This document shows, one piece after another, positions 19,609 through 29,655 of a stretch of 64,000 bases of DNA. A program made the position numbers and the translations under genes. The number at the start of each line of letters is the position of its first letter. The first letter of the stretch is position 1. Under the pieces are notes generated by a model. The model made no database searches. It was not told the DNA's origin and saw only the letters and a program-made list of their open reading frames with translations. The stretch covers positions 64,001 to 128,000 of the forward strand of contig JBMORA010000064.1 in the NCBI GenBank assembly GCA_049320885.1. Direction: 5' to 3'. This stretch comes from Thermodesulfobacteriota bacterium. Lineage in GTDB: Bacteria; Desulfobacterota; Desulfobacteria; Desulfobacterales; SURF-7.

Positions 19609-20862
19609 CTAGTCCTCTTCATCCGTATAGATCGGAAAAGCTTCGCACAATTCGCGCACTTGATTGCGGGTCCGACTGATGACGATCTCGTCCCGATGGT
19701 GTTTCAAGGTATCGACGATGAGGCTCGCGATCCGTTTCATTTCGGAAATTCCCATGCCCCTGGTGGTCAGCACCGCGGAACCCAGGCGGATACCGCTGGT
19801 CACCATGGGGTTTTGCGTATCAAAGGGCACGGCGTTCTTGTTGACGGTAATTCCGGCCCGGCCGAGGGCGGTTTCAGCGTCTTTGCCGGTTATTTTCAGA
19901 CCGGTCAGATCCGCCAGCATCAGATGGTTGTCGGTGCCGCCGGAAACCAGATCAACGCCTTCGGCCATCAGCTGGTCCGCCAGCGCCGCGGCATTCAGCA
20001 CCACATTGCGCTGGTACTCGGAGAAGTCTTCCGACAGGGCTTCCTGAAACGCCACGGCCTTGGCGGCGATCACATGCATCAGCGGTCCACCCTGGATGCC
20101 GGGAAAAATCTGTTTGTTGATCCGGGAGCCATAATCCGCTCCGGCCAGGATCAATCCTCCGCGGGGACCCCGCAGGGTTTTATGGGTGGTGGAGGTGACC
20201 ACGTCCGCGTAGGGTATGGGCGACGGATGAACACCGGCGGCAACCAGTCCGGCAATATGGGCCATGTCCACCACGAAATAGGCGCCGACGGATTGGGCGA
20301 TTTCCTTAAAACGAGGAAAGTCGATGATCCGCGGATAGGCGCTGGCGCCGGCGACGATCATTTTGGGCCGGTGTTTCACGGCCAGGTCCGCCAGGGTATC
20401 ATAATCAATGGTGCCGGTCTCGCGTTTGACGCCATAATGAACGAAGCGGAACAACTTTCCGGAAAAGCTGACCGGGCTGCCGTGGGTCAGATGACCGCCA
20501 TGCGCCAGATCCATGCCGAGTAGGGTATCGCCGGGTTCCAGCAAGGCGAAGTAGACCGCCATGTTGGCCTGGGACCCGGAATGGGGTTGAACATTGGCAT
20601 ACTCGGCCTGGAAAAGTTTTTTCGCCCGTTCGATGGCCAGGCGCTCGGCGACATCGACGAACTCGCAGCCGCCATAATATCGCTTGTCCGGATAGCCTTC
20701 GGCGTATTTGTTGGTCATTACGCAGCCCTGGGCGGCCATCACCGCCGGACTGGCGATATTTTCCGATGCGATCAGCTCCAGATTGTATTGCTGGCGCTCC
20801 AGCTCCCTGGAAATGGCCGCGGCGATTTCCGGGTCTGTCTTGCGAATGGTCTGTAAATCCAA
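19609..20862 (-). CDS. glyA: Serine hydroxymethyltransferase
   Basis: [50 protein letters not shown] start at 20862 inferred. Confidence 0.97.
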   Translation of the reverse strand: MDLQTIRKTDPEIAAAISRELERQQYNLELIASENIASPAVMAAQGCVMTNKYAEGYPDKRYYGGCEFVDVAERLAIERAKKLFQAEYANVQPHSGSQANMAVYFALLEPGDTLLGMDLAHGGHLTHGSPVSFSGKLFRFVHYGVKRETGTIDYDTLADLAVKHRPKMIVAGASAYPRIIDFPRFKEIAQSVGAYFVVDMAHIAGLVAAGVHPSPIPYADVVTSTTHKTLRGPRGGLILAGADYGSRINKQIFPGIQGGPLMHVIAAKAVAFQEALSEDFSEYQRNVVLNAAALADQLMAEGVDLVSGGTDNHLMLADLTGLKITGKDAETALGRAGITVNKNAVPFDTQNPMVTSGIRLGSAVLTTRGMGISEMKRIASLIVDTLKHHRDEIVISRTRNQVRELCEAFPIYTDEED

Positions 20863-20946
20863 ATATATTTTTCCTTTCCGGGGGTTGTGGATATCCAACA
20901 CGATCCTTGCCTCTTTCTGTTTCGCCAAACGGCCATGTTCCGCGGG

Positions 20947-21399
20947 TTATGGCGTCAGCCGGTCGAATTTATCCAGTCGCGCCTGATGACGCCCGCCTTC
21001 AAAGGGGGTTTCCAAAAACGTTTTCACCACTTCCAGGGCCAGGGCTTCGCCGATCACGCGTCCGCCCAGGACCAGAATGTTGGCGTCGTTGTGCCGCCGG
21101 CTCATGCAGGCGGAAAAAAGATCATTGCAGAGCGCGGCCCGTACATGGGGAAAGCGGTTGGCCACCATGGACATGCCGAGGCCGGTGCCGCACAGCAGAA
21201 TTCCCCGCTTGAATTTGCCGGACGAAACGGCGGATGCGACTTTGATACCGAAATCCGGATAGTCCACCGAAGATTCGCCGTCCGTTCCGACATCCTGAAC
21301 CTCGATGGCCATTTCCCTGACAAAACGCTTGACTGTCTCCTTCAGCGGAAAAGCAGCATGATCGCTGCCGATGATAACCGCGTGTTTCCCCTGTTCCAT
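20947..21399 (-). CDS. rpiB: Ribose-5-phosphate isomerase B
   Basis: GSDHA, VDYPD, CGTGLGMSMVAN, HNDAN, FEGGRH. Confidence 0.96.
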   Translation of the reverse strand: MEQGKHAVIIGSDHAAFPLKETVKRFVREMAIEVQDVGTDGESSVDYPDFGIKVASAVSSGKFKRGILLCGTGLGMSMVANRFPHVRAALCNDLFSACMSRRHNDANILVLGGRVIGEALALEVVKTFLETPFEGGRHQARLDKFDRLTP

Positions 21400-21567
21400 C
21401 CTGAACCTTCCCGGCTTTCAAAGCCGCCGTCTTCAAAGCATATTTTCGATCTGGCAACGCAACCTTTTCTTATAGATGCCCAATCCAAATTGCGCAATAG
21501 GAAAATGATGCCGGTGATCCGGAAACGATTCCCGGCCCCCACCCCGCCCTATGGACAGCCGCCGCTC

Positions 21568-23235
21568 TCATGCTTCCTCTCCCAGGATCTGGAGGGCGAT
21601 GGGTGTATACCGCTGGGCGATGGGGTGACGACGGCCGTACCCGAAGGCCTTGGAAGTCACCCGCAGGCCCGGCGGCGCCTGCTGCCGCTTGTATTCGTTC
21701 CGATCCACGCGGCCGACGATATCCTTTACCAATTCCCGCGGGAATCCCATGCCGGCCAGGGCGGCCGGGTCTTTGCCTTCCTCGATGTAGGCCGCCAGGA
21801 TTTGATCGAGCACCTCATAGGGCGGCAGATCGTCCTGGTCTGTCTGATCATGCTTCAGTTCCGCCGATGGCGTCTTTTCGACGATCCGCCGGGGGATGAT
21901 TTCCCGGTGGCGGTTGATATGACGGGAAATGGCCCACACCATGGTTTTGGGTACATCCGAGATCACTGCCAGCCCGCCGTTCATGTCGCCATAGAGGGTG
22001 CAATAGCCCACGGCCAGCTCGGATTTGTTTCCAGTGGTCAAGAGCAGGCCGCCGTGTTTGTTGGAGAGGGCCATCAGGATGGTTCCACGGATGCGGGCCT
22101 GGATGTTTTGTTCGGTTACTCCGGGGACCTGGTCATCGAAATCGGGAGTAATGCTTTCCAGGTGCCTCTCGAAAACCGGATCGATGGGGATGATGCGGTA
22201 ATCCACCCCGAGATTGCGGGCCAGACATTCCGTGTCTTCGTAATTGTCCGCCGACGTATACCGCGAGGGCATGAAAACCGTGGCGACATTGTTGTTTCCC
22301 AGGGCCTGGGCCGCGATATAGGTTGTCAGGGCCGAATCGATCCCGCCGCTCAATCCGACCACGGCCTTGGAGAAACCGCATTTCCGGACATAATCCCGGG
22401 TTCCCATGATCAGGGCGCTGAGGACGGAATCCAGTTCCGAAGCCGCCACCGGGTGAAGATCCCCGCGGGCGGTTTCCGTATCGTAACAAATCAGGTCTTC
22501 GGAAAAATCGAGGGCCTGGGCGGCGATGGAGCCATCCGGGGAATAAACGGCGCTGGCGCCGTCGAAGAGCAGACTGTCGTTACCCCCCACCTGGTTGGCA
22601 TAGACAATCGGCATCCGGTATGTGCGGGCCAGGGCGCCCACCAGATGCTTGCGGATGGCGTCCTTGCCGGCCTGAAACGGCGAGGCGGAAATGTTGATGA
22701 TCAGATCCGCGCCTTGGCTCGCCAATTCCGCCACCGGATCGGCAGCGTAGACCCTTTTGGACAGGAAATGATTGTCGTTCCAAATGTCTTCGCAAATGGT
22801 CAAGCCCAGTCTGCGGCCCTTGTAAGCGAATACCCGGCTGCTGTCCCCGGGTTCAAAATAGCGTCGTTCATCGAAGACATCATAGCCCGGCAGGAGGCGT
22901 TTCCGGGTCTGGTGCAGGAGTTGGCCGTTTTCGAGGAGCGCCGCTGCATTGAACAGGGGGTTGCCCTTTCCGGACGGGTTGCGGTCCACGAAACCGATAA
23001 TCACCCCGATTCCCCGGATGGTGTCCCGCAGACGGTGCAGGCAGCGGATGTTGAAATCGACAAAATCCTCTTTTTCCAATAAATCCCGGGGCGGATAGCC
23101 AGAGATGACCAGTTCGGTGAATACGACCAGGTCGCAGGAACGGTCCCGGGCCTCTTGGGTGAAGGTGACGATTTTCTCGCAATTGCGGTGGAAGTCTCCG
23201 ATGATGGGATTGATCTGGGCGATGGCTATTTTCAT
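21568..23235 (-). CDS. nadE: Glutamine-dependent NAD+ synthetase
   Basis: Nitrilase-like N-domain (MKIAIAQIN, YPPRDL, ICEDIW) plus GLSGGIDS, NIQARIRG, TGNKSE, YCTLYGD, PSAEL. Confidence 0.96.
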   Translation of the reverse strand: MKIAIAQINPIIGDFHRNCEKIVTFTQEARDRSCDLVVFTELVISGYPPRDLLEKEDFVDFNIRCLHRLRDTIRGIGVIIGFVDRNPSGKGNPLFNAAALLENGQLLHQTRKRLLPGYDVFDERRYFEPGDSSRVFAYKGRRLGLTICEDIWNDNHFLSKRVYAADPVAELASQGADLIINISASPFQAGKDAIRKHLVGALARTYRMPIVYANQVGGNDSLLFDGASAVYSPDGSIAAQALDFSEDLICYDTETARGDLHPVAASELDSVLSALIMGTRDYVRKCGFSKAVVGLSGGIDSALTTYIAAQALGNNNVATVFMPSRYTSADNYEDTECLARNLGVDYRIIPIDPVFERHLESITPDFDDQVPGVTEQNIQARIRGTILMALSNKHGGLLLTTGNKSELAVGYCTLYGDMNGGLAVISDVPKTMVWAISRHINRHREIIPRRIVEKTPSAELKHDQTDQDDLPPYEVLDQILAAYIEEGKDPAALAGMGFPRELVKDIVGRVDRNEYKRQQAPPGLRVTSKAFGYGRRHPIAQRYTPIALQILGEEA

Positions 23236-23492
23236 GATGGCGTCTTTTCGGCGATGGCCGGCATGGCTCCTGATTTTTTCATTCACCCTTACCAGATGAT
23301 CATCCGTATGGCAACTCCTCCGCATGTATAGCGATGGGGGACAAGAAATTTGTATTCGACCTAATGTCAAGGCTGGGAATACGGGCCATCGGTAGGAGAC
23401 TGTAGGCGGATAAAGGAGATTTCGAACTCCACGAGACCTGAAATTTTTATTTCTCTCTTTTTGGCGTATGGTCAAAATATTATTTGAGCATT

Positions 23493-23872
23493 TTACGCTT
23501 CCAAAACAGTAGGTTGCGATGAAAAACAAGGCGAAAAACCATCCGTCTCGGGTATTTTGCTGCGATAATAATAGGTTAGCACGCCGTTGAGACGCGTGCG
23601 GCAGGCGATCTCACCGGCATTCGGGTTCGGGACATTTGGGTCTTTTGGAAACAAAATCCGGTTTTCTTTGCCCTGATGATTGCGCTCTTCGTGATAATGG
23701 GCGAGATATTCGCTCAGGGCGTTTTCGAGGCTGCGCTCGCCGAACGGGATCAATTTGGACAGGCATTCTTCCTTTACGGAGCGCACCCAGCGTTCAGAAT
23801 AAGCGTTCAGGTTCGGACTTTGCGGCGGGAGACGGATGGGCTTGATGCCGGCGGATTTGAGGAGTTGCCTGT
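23493..23872 (-). pseudogene. Integrase-core (rve/DDE) transposase C-terminal remnant
   Basis: Reading upstream of the tracked ORF gives QLLKSAGIKPIRLPPQSPNLNAYSERWVRSVKEECL..EYLAHYHEERNHQG. The N-terminal part is missing. Confidence 0.8.
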
Positions 23873-24028
23873 GATTTTTTTTCGAGGTAAAGACTTGAAA
23901 AACTATTAAAAGAGTGGTTTTTTTGGGGCTAAAAAGTTCTTAGAGCTATCTTTTGGGGGGTGAAAAGTGGCTTCTAAGGAAAAAAGTATCGCGGACTGCT
24001 GAATGAATTTGAAGTCAATCCATCAATC

Positions 24029-24411
24029 ATGATACGGGCAAATAGACATCACCTCCCGGGCTATATTAGGCACATCACGCACCGTTGCCACAAGAAGGAG
24101 TTCCTTTTAAAGTTTGGAAAAGACAAGAACCGATGGATCAAGTGGCTGTTTGAGGCGAAGAAGCGCTTCGGGCTTGAAATCCTCAATTATACGGTGACCT
24201 CGAATCACATTCATTTGCTGGTTCATGATACCAGGGAGAACTCCATGGAGTAGTTCAGCATCCTTCGGAATGGATGTATGGCGGTTATAATGAAATCCAG
24301 AATCCCAAGAAGCGCTATTCTTTGATAAACCGGAATTCGTTGGCCGGATTGCTTGGGATGAAAGATGAGATCATTGCCCGCAAACCCCAAGGCGGGAGCC
24401 GGCCTTCGTAA
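24029..24411 (+). pseudogene. Y1/HUH (RAYT/IS200-like) transposase relic with internal deletion and frameshift
   Basis: Segment 1 is HITHRC...YTVTSNHIHLLV (HUH). In another frame from 24247, GVVQHPSEWMYGGYNEIQNPKKRYSLINR is the C-terminal part. The catalytic-Tyr middle is absent. Confidence 0.78.
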
Positions 24412-24418
24412 AAAGAGA

Positions 24419-25036
24419 TCAGTCCTCTCCTGCTGCTGAACCGGCCTTTTTTAAACCAGACAGCATTTTTTGTATGATCCCGGACATCTGTGCATGGGCC
24501 TTTTTTCGCTCCTTCGCACCTGTGATGGTCAGGGCCGCTTCCACCAGCAGGGAGTAAACCATATTTGCAGTATAATCGACAGAATCGATCGAAAAATCTC
24601 CCGAGTCCTTCATATCTTGAATGATATCTCGAAGAATCTTCATGGTGTAGGAAGAATCAATTTGCCGCCACTTTTTCCACCCAAGCACACCGATGGCATC
24701 ATCCAGCCGGATGCTTTGATAATTCGGGTCAACGCAGTAGTCCAGAAAAGCCTTGTATCCGGCAATCGCTCTTTTCCATGCCCCCCCGACCCCGGAAAGT
24801 TTTTTTTCCACCACGTCCACCAGTTGTTTGACAAGCAGGGTGTAGGCATCAATAAATATCTCTTCCTTGTTCTGGAAGTGGTGGTAAAGGGCTCCTCTGG
24901 TAACCCGCGCCCTCTGAACAATATCTTCGATGGATGTTTTATGAAACCCTTTTGTAATGAACAACTCCAGGGCTGAATCCATCAAAGCCTGCCGGGTCAT
25001 TTCTGCGTATTCTTCTTTTCTCGTTTTGGAATTCAT
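24419..25036 (-). CDS. TetR/AcrR-family transcriptional regulator
   Basis: TRQALMDSALELF..KGF..TSIEDIVQRARVTRGALYHHFQNKEEIF. ATG 25036 has AAGGAG upstream. Confidence 0.93.
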   Translation of the reverse strand: MNSKTRKEEYAEMTRQALMDSALELFITKGFHKTSIEDIVQRARVTRGALYHHFQNKEEIFIDAYTLLVKQLVDVVEKKLSGVGGAWKRAIAGYKAFLDYCVDPNYQSIRLDDAIGVLGWKKWRQIDSSYTMKILRDIIQDMKDSGDFSIDSVDYTANMVYSLLVEAALTITGAKERKKAHAQMSGIIQKMLSGLKKAGSAAGED

Positions 25037-25044
25037 CTTTCTCC

Positions 25045-25086
25045 TTGACATGCATACTATCAGTATGTAACATACATATAGTATTT
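25045..25086 (+). promoter_or_regulatory. Sigma70 promoter of the hydrolase gene overlapped by tandem TetR-type operators
   Basis: TTGACA (25045-50), 17 nt, TAACAT (25068-73). The spacer is the palindrome CATACT-atc-AGTATG, and a second imperfect copy ACATAC-atata-GTATTT lies at 25070-86. Confidence 0.7.
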
Positions 25087-25196
25087 TATATATCCGGAGT
25101 ATAAATACCGTTCTTGCAAAATGCAAGAACAGAATCACTATGGATGTTATAAAAACAACCAAATAATTTTATGGGAAATATAAAAGCGCTATCCGC

Positions 25197-26081
25197 ATGG
25201 AGGGATCAGAAATGAAAACAGAATCGATGGAAATCACCTGCAAAGACAACCTAAAACTGAGTGCTGTCCGCCATCTCCCGGACAACTCTCCCAGAGGTGT
25301 GGTAATCATCTGCTCTGCACTGGGTGTTTCAAAACGGTTTTACAATGATTTTGCCACTTTTCTTGCCGAATATGGCTATACGGTTGTGTCATTTGATTAC
25401 CGGGGAATCGGAGAGTCGAACAACAACGATCTGCGCGGACGGGACATTCTGATGCAGGATTGGGGGCAACTGGATATAGATGCAGTCCTGGAGACAGCCA
25501 TCCACTGGGATATGGGCCCTGTCTTTCTGCTCGGACATAGTGCCGGGGGTCAGCTTTTCGGACTCTCATCCTGGAGTGAACACCTGAAAGGAGTTATACT
25601 GGCACCGGCCTCCTCAGCCAATGCAAGCCTGTATCCGTTTCCCACCCGGCTTCTGTTTTATCTCATGTGGCACCTGTTCATACCCCTTTTGGTTTTTAAA
25701 AGAGATCAATTCCCGGCCAGAAAAATCGGGCTGGCTTCCATGGATGCACCGAGCGGTGTGATGAAGCAGTGGTCTCAATGGGCCAGAAAGCGGGATTACC
25801 TGTTTTCACCTGACAACGGTCTGGATACCAGCCGGTACTCTCAATTGAAAATACCGATTATGGCTTATGGATTTTCCGATGACACATACGCATCGGAAAA
25901 AGCGATCCGGCATCTTCTATCCCAGTTCGGGTCATCCGAAATTCAATTTCATTTTCTGGATGTAAAAAAAATGGGCCTTGGGAGTGTAGGGCATTTCGGA
26001 TTTTTCAAGAAGAAAATGCAACCCTCCCTCTGGCAGCAGACACTGGAATGGCTTGACAGACATAACCAGCATGCGAAATGA
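25197..26081 (+). CDS. Alpha/beta-fold hydrolase
   Basis: FDYRGIGES, nucleophile elbow GHSAGG, FSDD, GHFGFF. Confidence 0.9.
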   Translation: MEGSEMKTESMEITCKDNLKLSAVRHLPDNSPRGVVIICSALGVSKRFYNDFATFLAEYGYTVVSFDYRGIGESNNNDLRGRDILMQDWGQLDIDAVLETAIHWDMGPVFLLGHSAGGQLFGLSSWSEHLKGVILAPASSANASLYPFPTRLLFYLMWHLFIPLLVFKRDQFPARKIGLASMDAPSGVMKQWSQWARKRDYLFSPDNGLDTSRYSQLKIPIMAYGFSDDTYASEKAIRHLLSQFGSSEIQFHFLDVKKMGLGSVGHFGFFKKKMQPSLWQQTLEWLDRHNQHAK

Positions 26082-26740
26082 ATTGACACGCCAGCCTCTT
26101 CACAAAAATTGATTCCAAAAAAACAGTTTCTTATCTCAATCATATGGTGGAAGAACTCCTGGGGCATGAAAAAGAAAAAACCCCAAGCCGATTTGCGGCC
26201 TGAAAGGGCTATATTCACTGAAGCGCCTGACGAAATAAACATTCCCATCGCCGGTTTGTATACCGGGGGACGGGGGGTATATTCGCTCCTAAAAAACAGC
26301 CACAATTTCTGATTGTATCTTCCTCCTTTGTCAAAACTCTACAACCATCTCTTTTTTCAGCTTTCGATGAACTTTCCATGATGTAAGACAATAATCGGCA
26401 ATCGTTGCCAACTTTTGGGAATTGTTTTTCATGCCTTCATGGAAAAAACTTACCGTTTTCTAGTTATTTCCTAATGTTGGAGAGGTAGCTTGCACCTGAT
26501 TACAGGGCGACGGTTTTTTCAGGCATGATTTCATGGGTAGGCTTGTTTGAAAATATGGTGATTAAAATCATATATATATCTATAATCGGAGACGGGGGTG
26601 GAGCCGTCATCCGCAGCCGGTGGTTCAACGCCCCCCGTTTTCAGACGGAACCCAGCCGGACAGGAAGCGGCAGATTGGTTCTTGGCATTGTATTTGCTTG
26701 AAATTGTTTATGATGACACAAGAGTGAGTGAAACGAACAA

Positions 26741-26899
26741 ATGGTGGCAACAATGATGTACCTGGTATTCATTCTGTTGGGAGTCGCGTCGGCGTTTTGC
26801 CTGTACTTCGTCGTCGCTTGCCTGTTGGCGGCGTCGCGCGAAAACGGCTTGCCGGATATCGAGGATATCGAAGTCGCTAAGGTGATTTCCCGGTCCTGA
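26741..26899 (+). CDS. Putative small single-TM membrane protein (52 aa)
   Basis: MVATMMYLVFILLGVASAFCLYFVVACLLAASRENGLPDIEDIEVAKVISRS. Below the ORF-track cutoff. TATAAT lies ~155 nt upstream. Confidence 0.4.
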   Translation: MVATMMYLVFILLGVASAFCLYFVVACLLAASRENGLPDIEDIEVAKVISRS

Positions 26900-27001
26900 T
26901 CCGGAAGGCAACAGAAAACGGCCCATACGCGGCCATACGGGGGGCGAGGCGCCCGCGAAAGAATGCGGTTGCGGCAACCTTCCCGGCCTTTTTTATCGGT
27001 T

Positions 27002-29653
27002 TTATCCGTCGAGCGCTTTGGTGACGATTTCGGCCACGTCGCTGGATATACGAGGCGCTTGGCGAATCCGCTCCAGTGCCTGCCTCATGATTCCTTGACG
27101 AACAGCGTCATATTTTTTCCAGGGATTGAACAGGGAAACCATCCGCGCGGCCATCTGCGGATTGATGGCGTTGAGAGCCAGGACCTGATCCGCCAGAAAC
27201 CGATATCCGTCTCCGCTAACCTGATGGAACTGCCAGGGATTCATACCGCAAAAGGTTCCAATCACGGCTCGCACCCGGTTTGGATTTGCCAATGAAAATT
27301 TGGGATGCCGCATGAGTTCCCGCACCCGTGACAATGCATGCGGCGACGCGGCGCCGGCCTGCACGGAAAACCATTTTTCCAGCACCAGATCGTCTCCCTG
27401 CCATTTTTCATAAAAGCGCTGAACCGCCGCTGCGGCCCGGTCGTCATCGAAATCGGCGATCAACGCTAGAGCCGCCAGTTCATCCGTCATGTTGTCGGCC
27501 CGGAAAAAATGGGTGTAGACCTTTTGGATATCGGCTTCCTCCCGGGTGCGGGACAAATACCCGAGGGCCAGATGTTGCAGGCTGCGCCGGGCCATGTCGC
27601 CGGATGTGATCCGGTACGGCCCGGCTGACCGATTTTCCTGATACGCGGTCAGGAAGTCATCACGCAACGATGTTGCCAGCCGTTCCCGGATAAAACAGCG
27701 GACATGGTGGACGGCATCCGGGTCAATGGCCTGCCCCAGGTCGGACATCCGCTGTCCGATTTCCGCTTCCGACGGCAAGGTCAGCATCAAGGCAACAAAG
27801 GCCCGGTCGAGGGTCCTGTCCTGTAATATTTTACGCCAGGCCGTGAAAACGGATTCCTCCAAGCACAATTCCCGGCCGTTCCGAAAGTCATCGATCAGCG
27901 CCTGAACGCGCTGCATCATGAAGCGCTGTCCGGCATCCCATCTGACAAACGGATCGGTATCCATGGCCATCAGGAAACTCAATTCCTCATCCGTATACCC
28001 CGCGTCCAGTTTCACGGGAGCGGAAAAGCCGCGCAGCAGGGAAGGGATCGGTTCCACGTCGATATCCGGAAAGCAGAAAACCTGTTCCGTTTCCCGCAGC
28101 TCCAACATCGCGGTGGTGGAGGGCGCGCCACCGTTTACGGTTGATCCCAGCGGAATTTCGCTGCCGTCGGGCCGGATCAAGCCCACCGCAATCGGTATAT
28201 GAAAGGGCTGTTTCACCGGCTGTCCCGGCGTCGGCGGGCACGACTGGCGGCATTCCAGGCGGAATAGCCGGCGAGGTTCGTCATACTGGCGTTTCACAAC
28301 CACTTCCGGAGTTCCGGCCTGGGAATACCAGCGCCGGAATTGGACCAGATCCCGTCCACCTGCTTCTTCCATGACCGTGACAAAATCATCGGTGGTCACG
28401 GCCTGTCCGTCGAAGCGGTGGAAATACAGGTCCATGGCGTTGTGGAACCGATCGGGGCCCAACAGCCGATACAGCATCCGGACCACTTCAGCGCCTTTTT
28501 CATAAACCGTCTGGGTATAAAAATTATTCATCTGGATATAGGATTCCGGTCTCACCGGATGGGCCATGGGACCCGAATCCTCGGCAAACTGGAAAGTTTT
28601 CAGCCGGCGAACATCCCCGATGCGTTTTACCGGCCGCGATCCCATGTCGGCTGAAAATTCCTGATCCCGGAAAACGGTCAGCCCCTCCTTCAGGCTCAGC
28701 TGGAACCAGTTTTTCAGGGTGATCCGATTCCCGGTCCAGTTGTGAAAATACTCATGCGCGATCACCCCCTCGATATTCTGGAAATCGATATCGGTGGCGG
28801 TTTCGGGCCTGGCCAGCACATATTTGGCATTGAAGATGTTCAGTCCCTTGTTTTCCATGGCCCCCATGTTGAAGTCCTTCACGGCGACGATCATGAATCC
28901 GTCCAAATCATATTCCCTGCCGAAGATTTCTTCATCCCAGCGCATGGCCTTCTTAAGGGATTCCATGGCGTGTGCGCATTTGTCGATATTTTCTTGTTCG
29001 ACGAAAATGCGCAGCGCGACATCCTTGCCGCTTTTCGTGCGGAAGCGATCCTCGTGGACCGCAAGATTTCCGGCCACCATGGCAAAGAGATAAGACGGTT
29101 TTCTGTGGGGATCGTGCCATCTGGCATAATGCCGTCCGCCTTCCAGCGGGCCGCTTTCCATCAAATTTCCATTGGAGAGCAGCACCGGATATTTGCTTTG
29201 ATCCGCCGCGATGGTGCAGTTATAGATGGCCATGACATCCGGGCGATCCGGGAAATAGGTGATTTTCCGGAACCCCATGGCCTCGCACTGGGTGCAGAAC
29301 AAGTCGTTTGATTTGTACAGACCCTCGAGGGTTTTGTTGGATTGGGGCTCCAGACGGGTCACGATGTCCACGCGGCAGACATCCGGGGCATCCGGAATTT
29401 CCAGGTGCTCGCCGGTGATCCGGTAATCTCCTTCGGCCAGGCGCCTTCCATCCATGGATATGGTTACGAGCGTCAGGTCGCGGCCCTCCAGCAGCAGGGG
29501 GCCTCCTGCGGTGGCCTCCCGGTTCCGGCGCAAGTTCATTGTTGCCGTGACAAGGGCCTCATGTTCGTGAAGGTCGATGAATAAATCCACTGTTTCCACC
29601 AGGAAAACGGGTGGACGGTAGTCCCGGAGATACGTAACTCGCAATTCGGTCAT
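27002..29653 (-). CDS. pepN: Aminopeptidase N (M1)
   Basis: TQCEAMGFRKITY, GAMENKGLNIFN, HEYFHNWTGNR, LKEGLT, YEKGAEV, NPNRVR. Confidence 0.97.
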   Translation of the reverse strand: MTELRVTYLRDYRPPVFLVETVDLFIDLHEHEALVTATMNLRRNREATAGGPLLLEGRDLTLVTISMDGRRLAEGDYRITGEHLEIPDAPDVCRVDIVTRLEPQSNKTLEGLYKSNDLFCTQCEAMGFRKITYFPDRPDVMAIYNCTIAADQSKYPVLLSNGNLMESGPLEGGRHYARWHDPHRKPSYLFAMVAGNLAVHEDRFRTKSGKDVALRIFVEQENIDKCAHAMESLKKAMRWDEEIFGREYDLDGFMIVAVKDFNMGAMENKGLNIFNAKYVLARPETATDIDFQNIEGVIAHEYFHNWTGNRITLKNWFQLSLKEGLTVFRDQEFSADMGSRPVKRIGDVRRLKTFQFAEDSGPMAHPVRPESYIQMNNFYTQTVYEKGAEVVRMLYRLLGPDRFHNAMDLYFHRFDGQAVTTDDFVTVMEEAGGRDLVQFRRWYSQAGTPEVVVKRQYDEPRRLFRLECRQSCPPTPGQPVKQPFHIPIAVGLIRPDGSEIPLGSTVNGGAPSTTAMLELRETEQVFCFPDIDVEPIPSLLRGFSAPVKLDAGYTDEELSFLMAMDTDPFVRWDAGQRFMMQRVQALIDDFRNGRELCLEESVFTAWRKILQDRTLDRAFVALMLTLPSEAEIGQRMSDLGQAIDPDAVHHVRCFIRERLATSLRDDFLTAYQENRSAGPYRITSGDMARRSLQHLALGYLSRTREEADIQKVYTHFFRADNMTDELAALALIADFDDDRAAAAVQRFYEKWQGDDLVLEKWFSVQAGAASPHALSRVRELMRHPKFSLANPNRVRAVIGTFCGMNPWQFHQVSGDGYRFLADQVLALNAINPQMAARMVSLFNPWKKYDAVRQGIMRQALERIRQAPRISSDVAEIVTKALDG

Positions 29654-29655
29654 TA

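Noticed and set aside
20887..23082. 731-aa plus-strand ORF
   Set aside because: Antisense to rpiB and nadE, which have clear family motifs.
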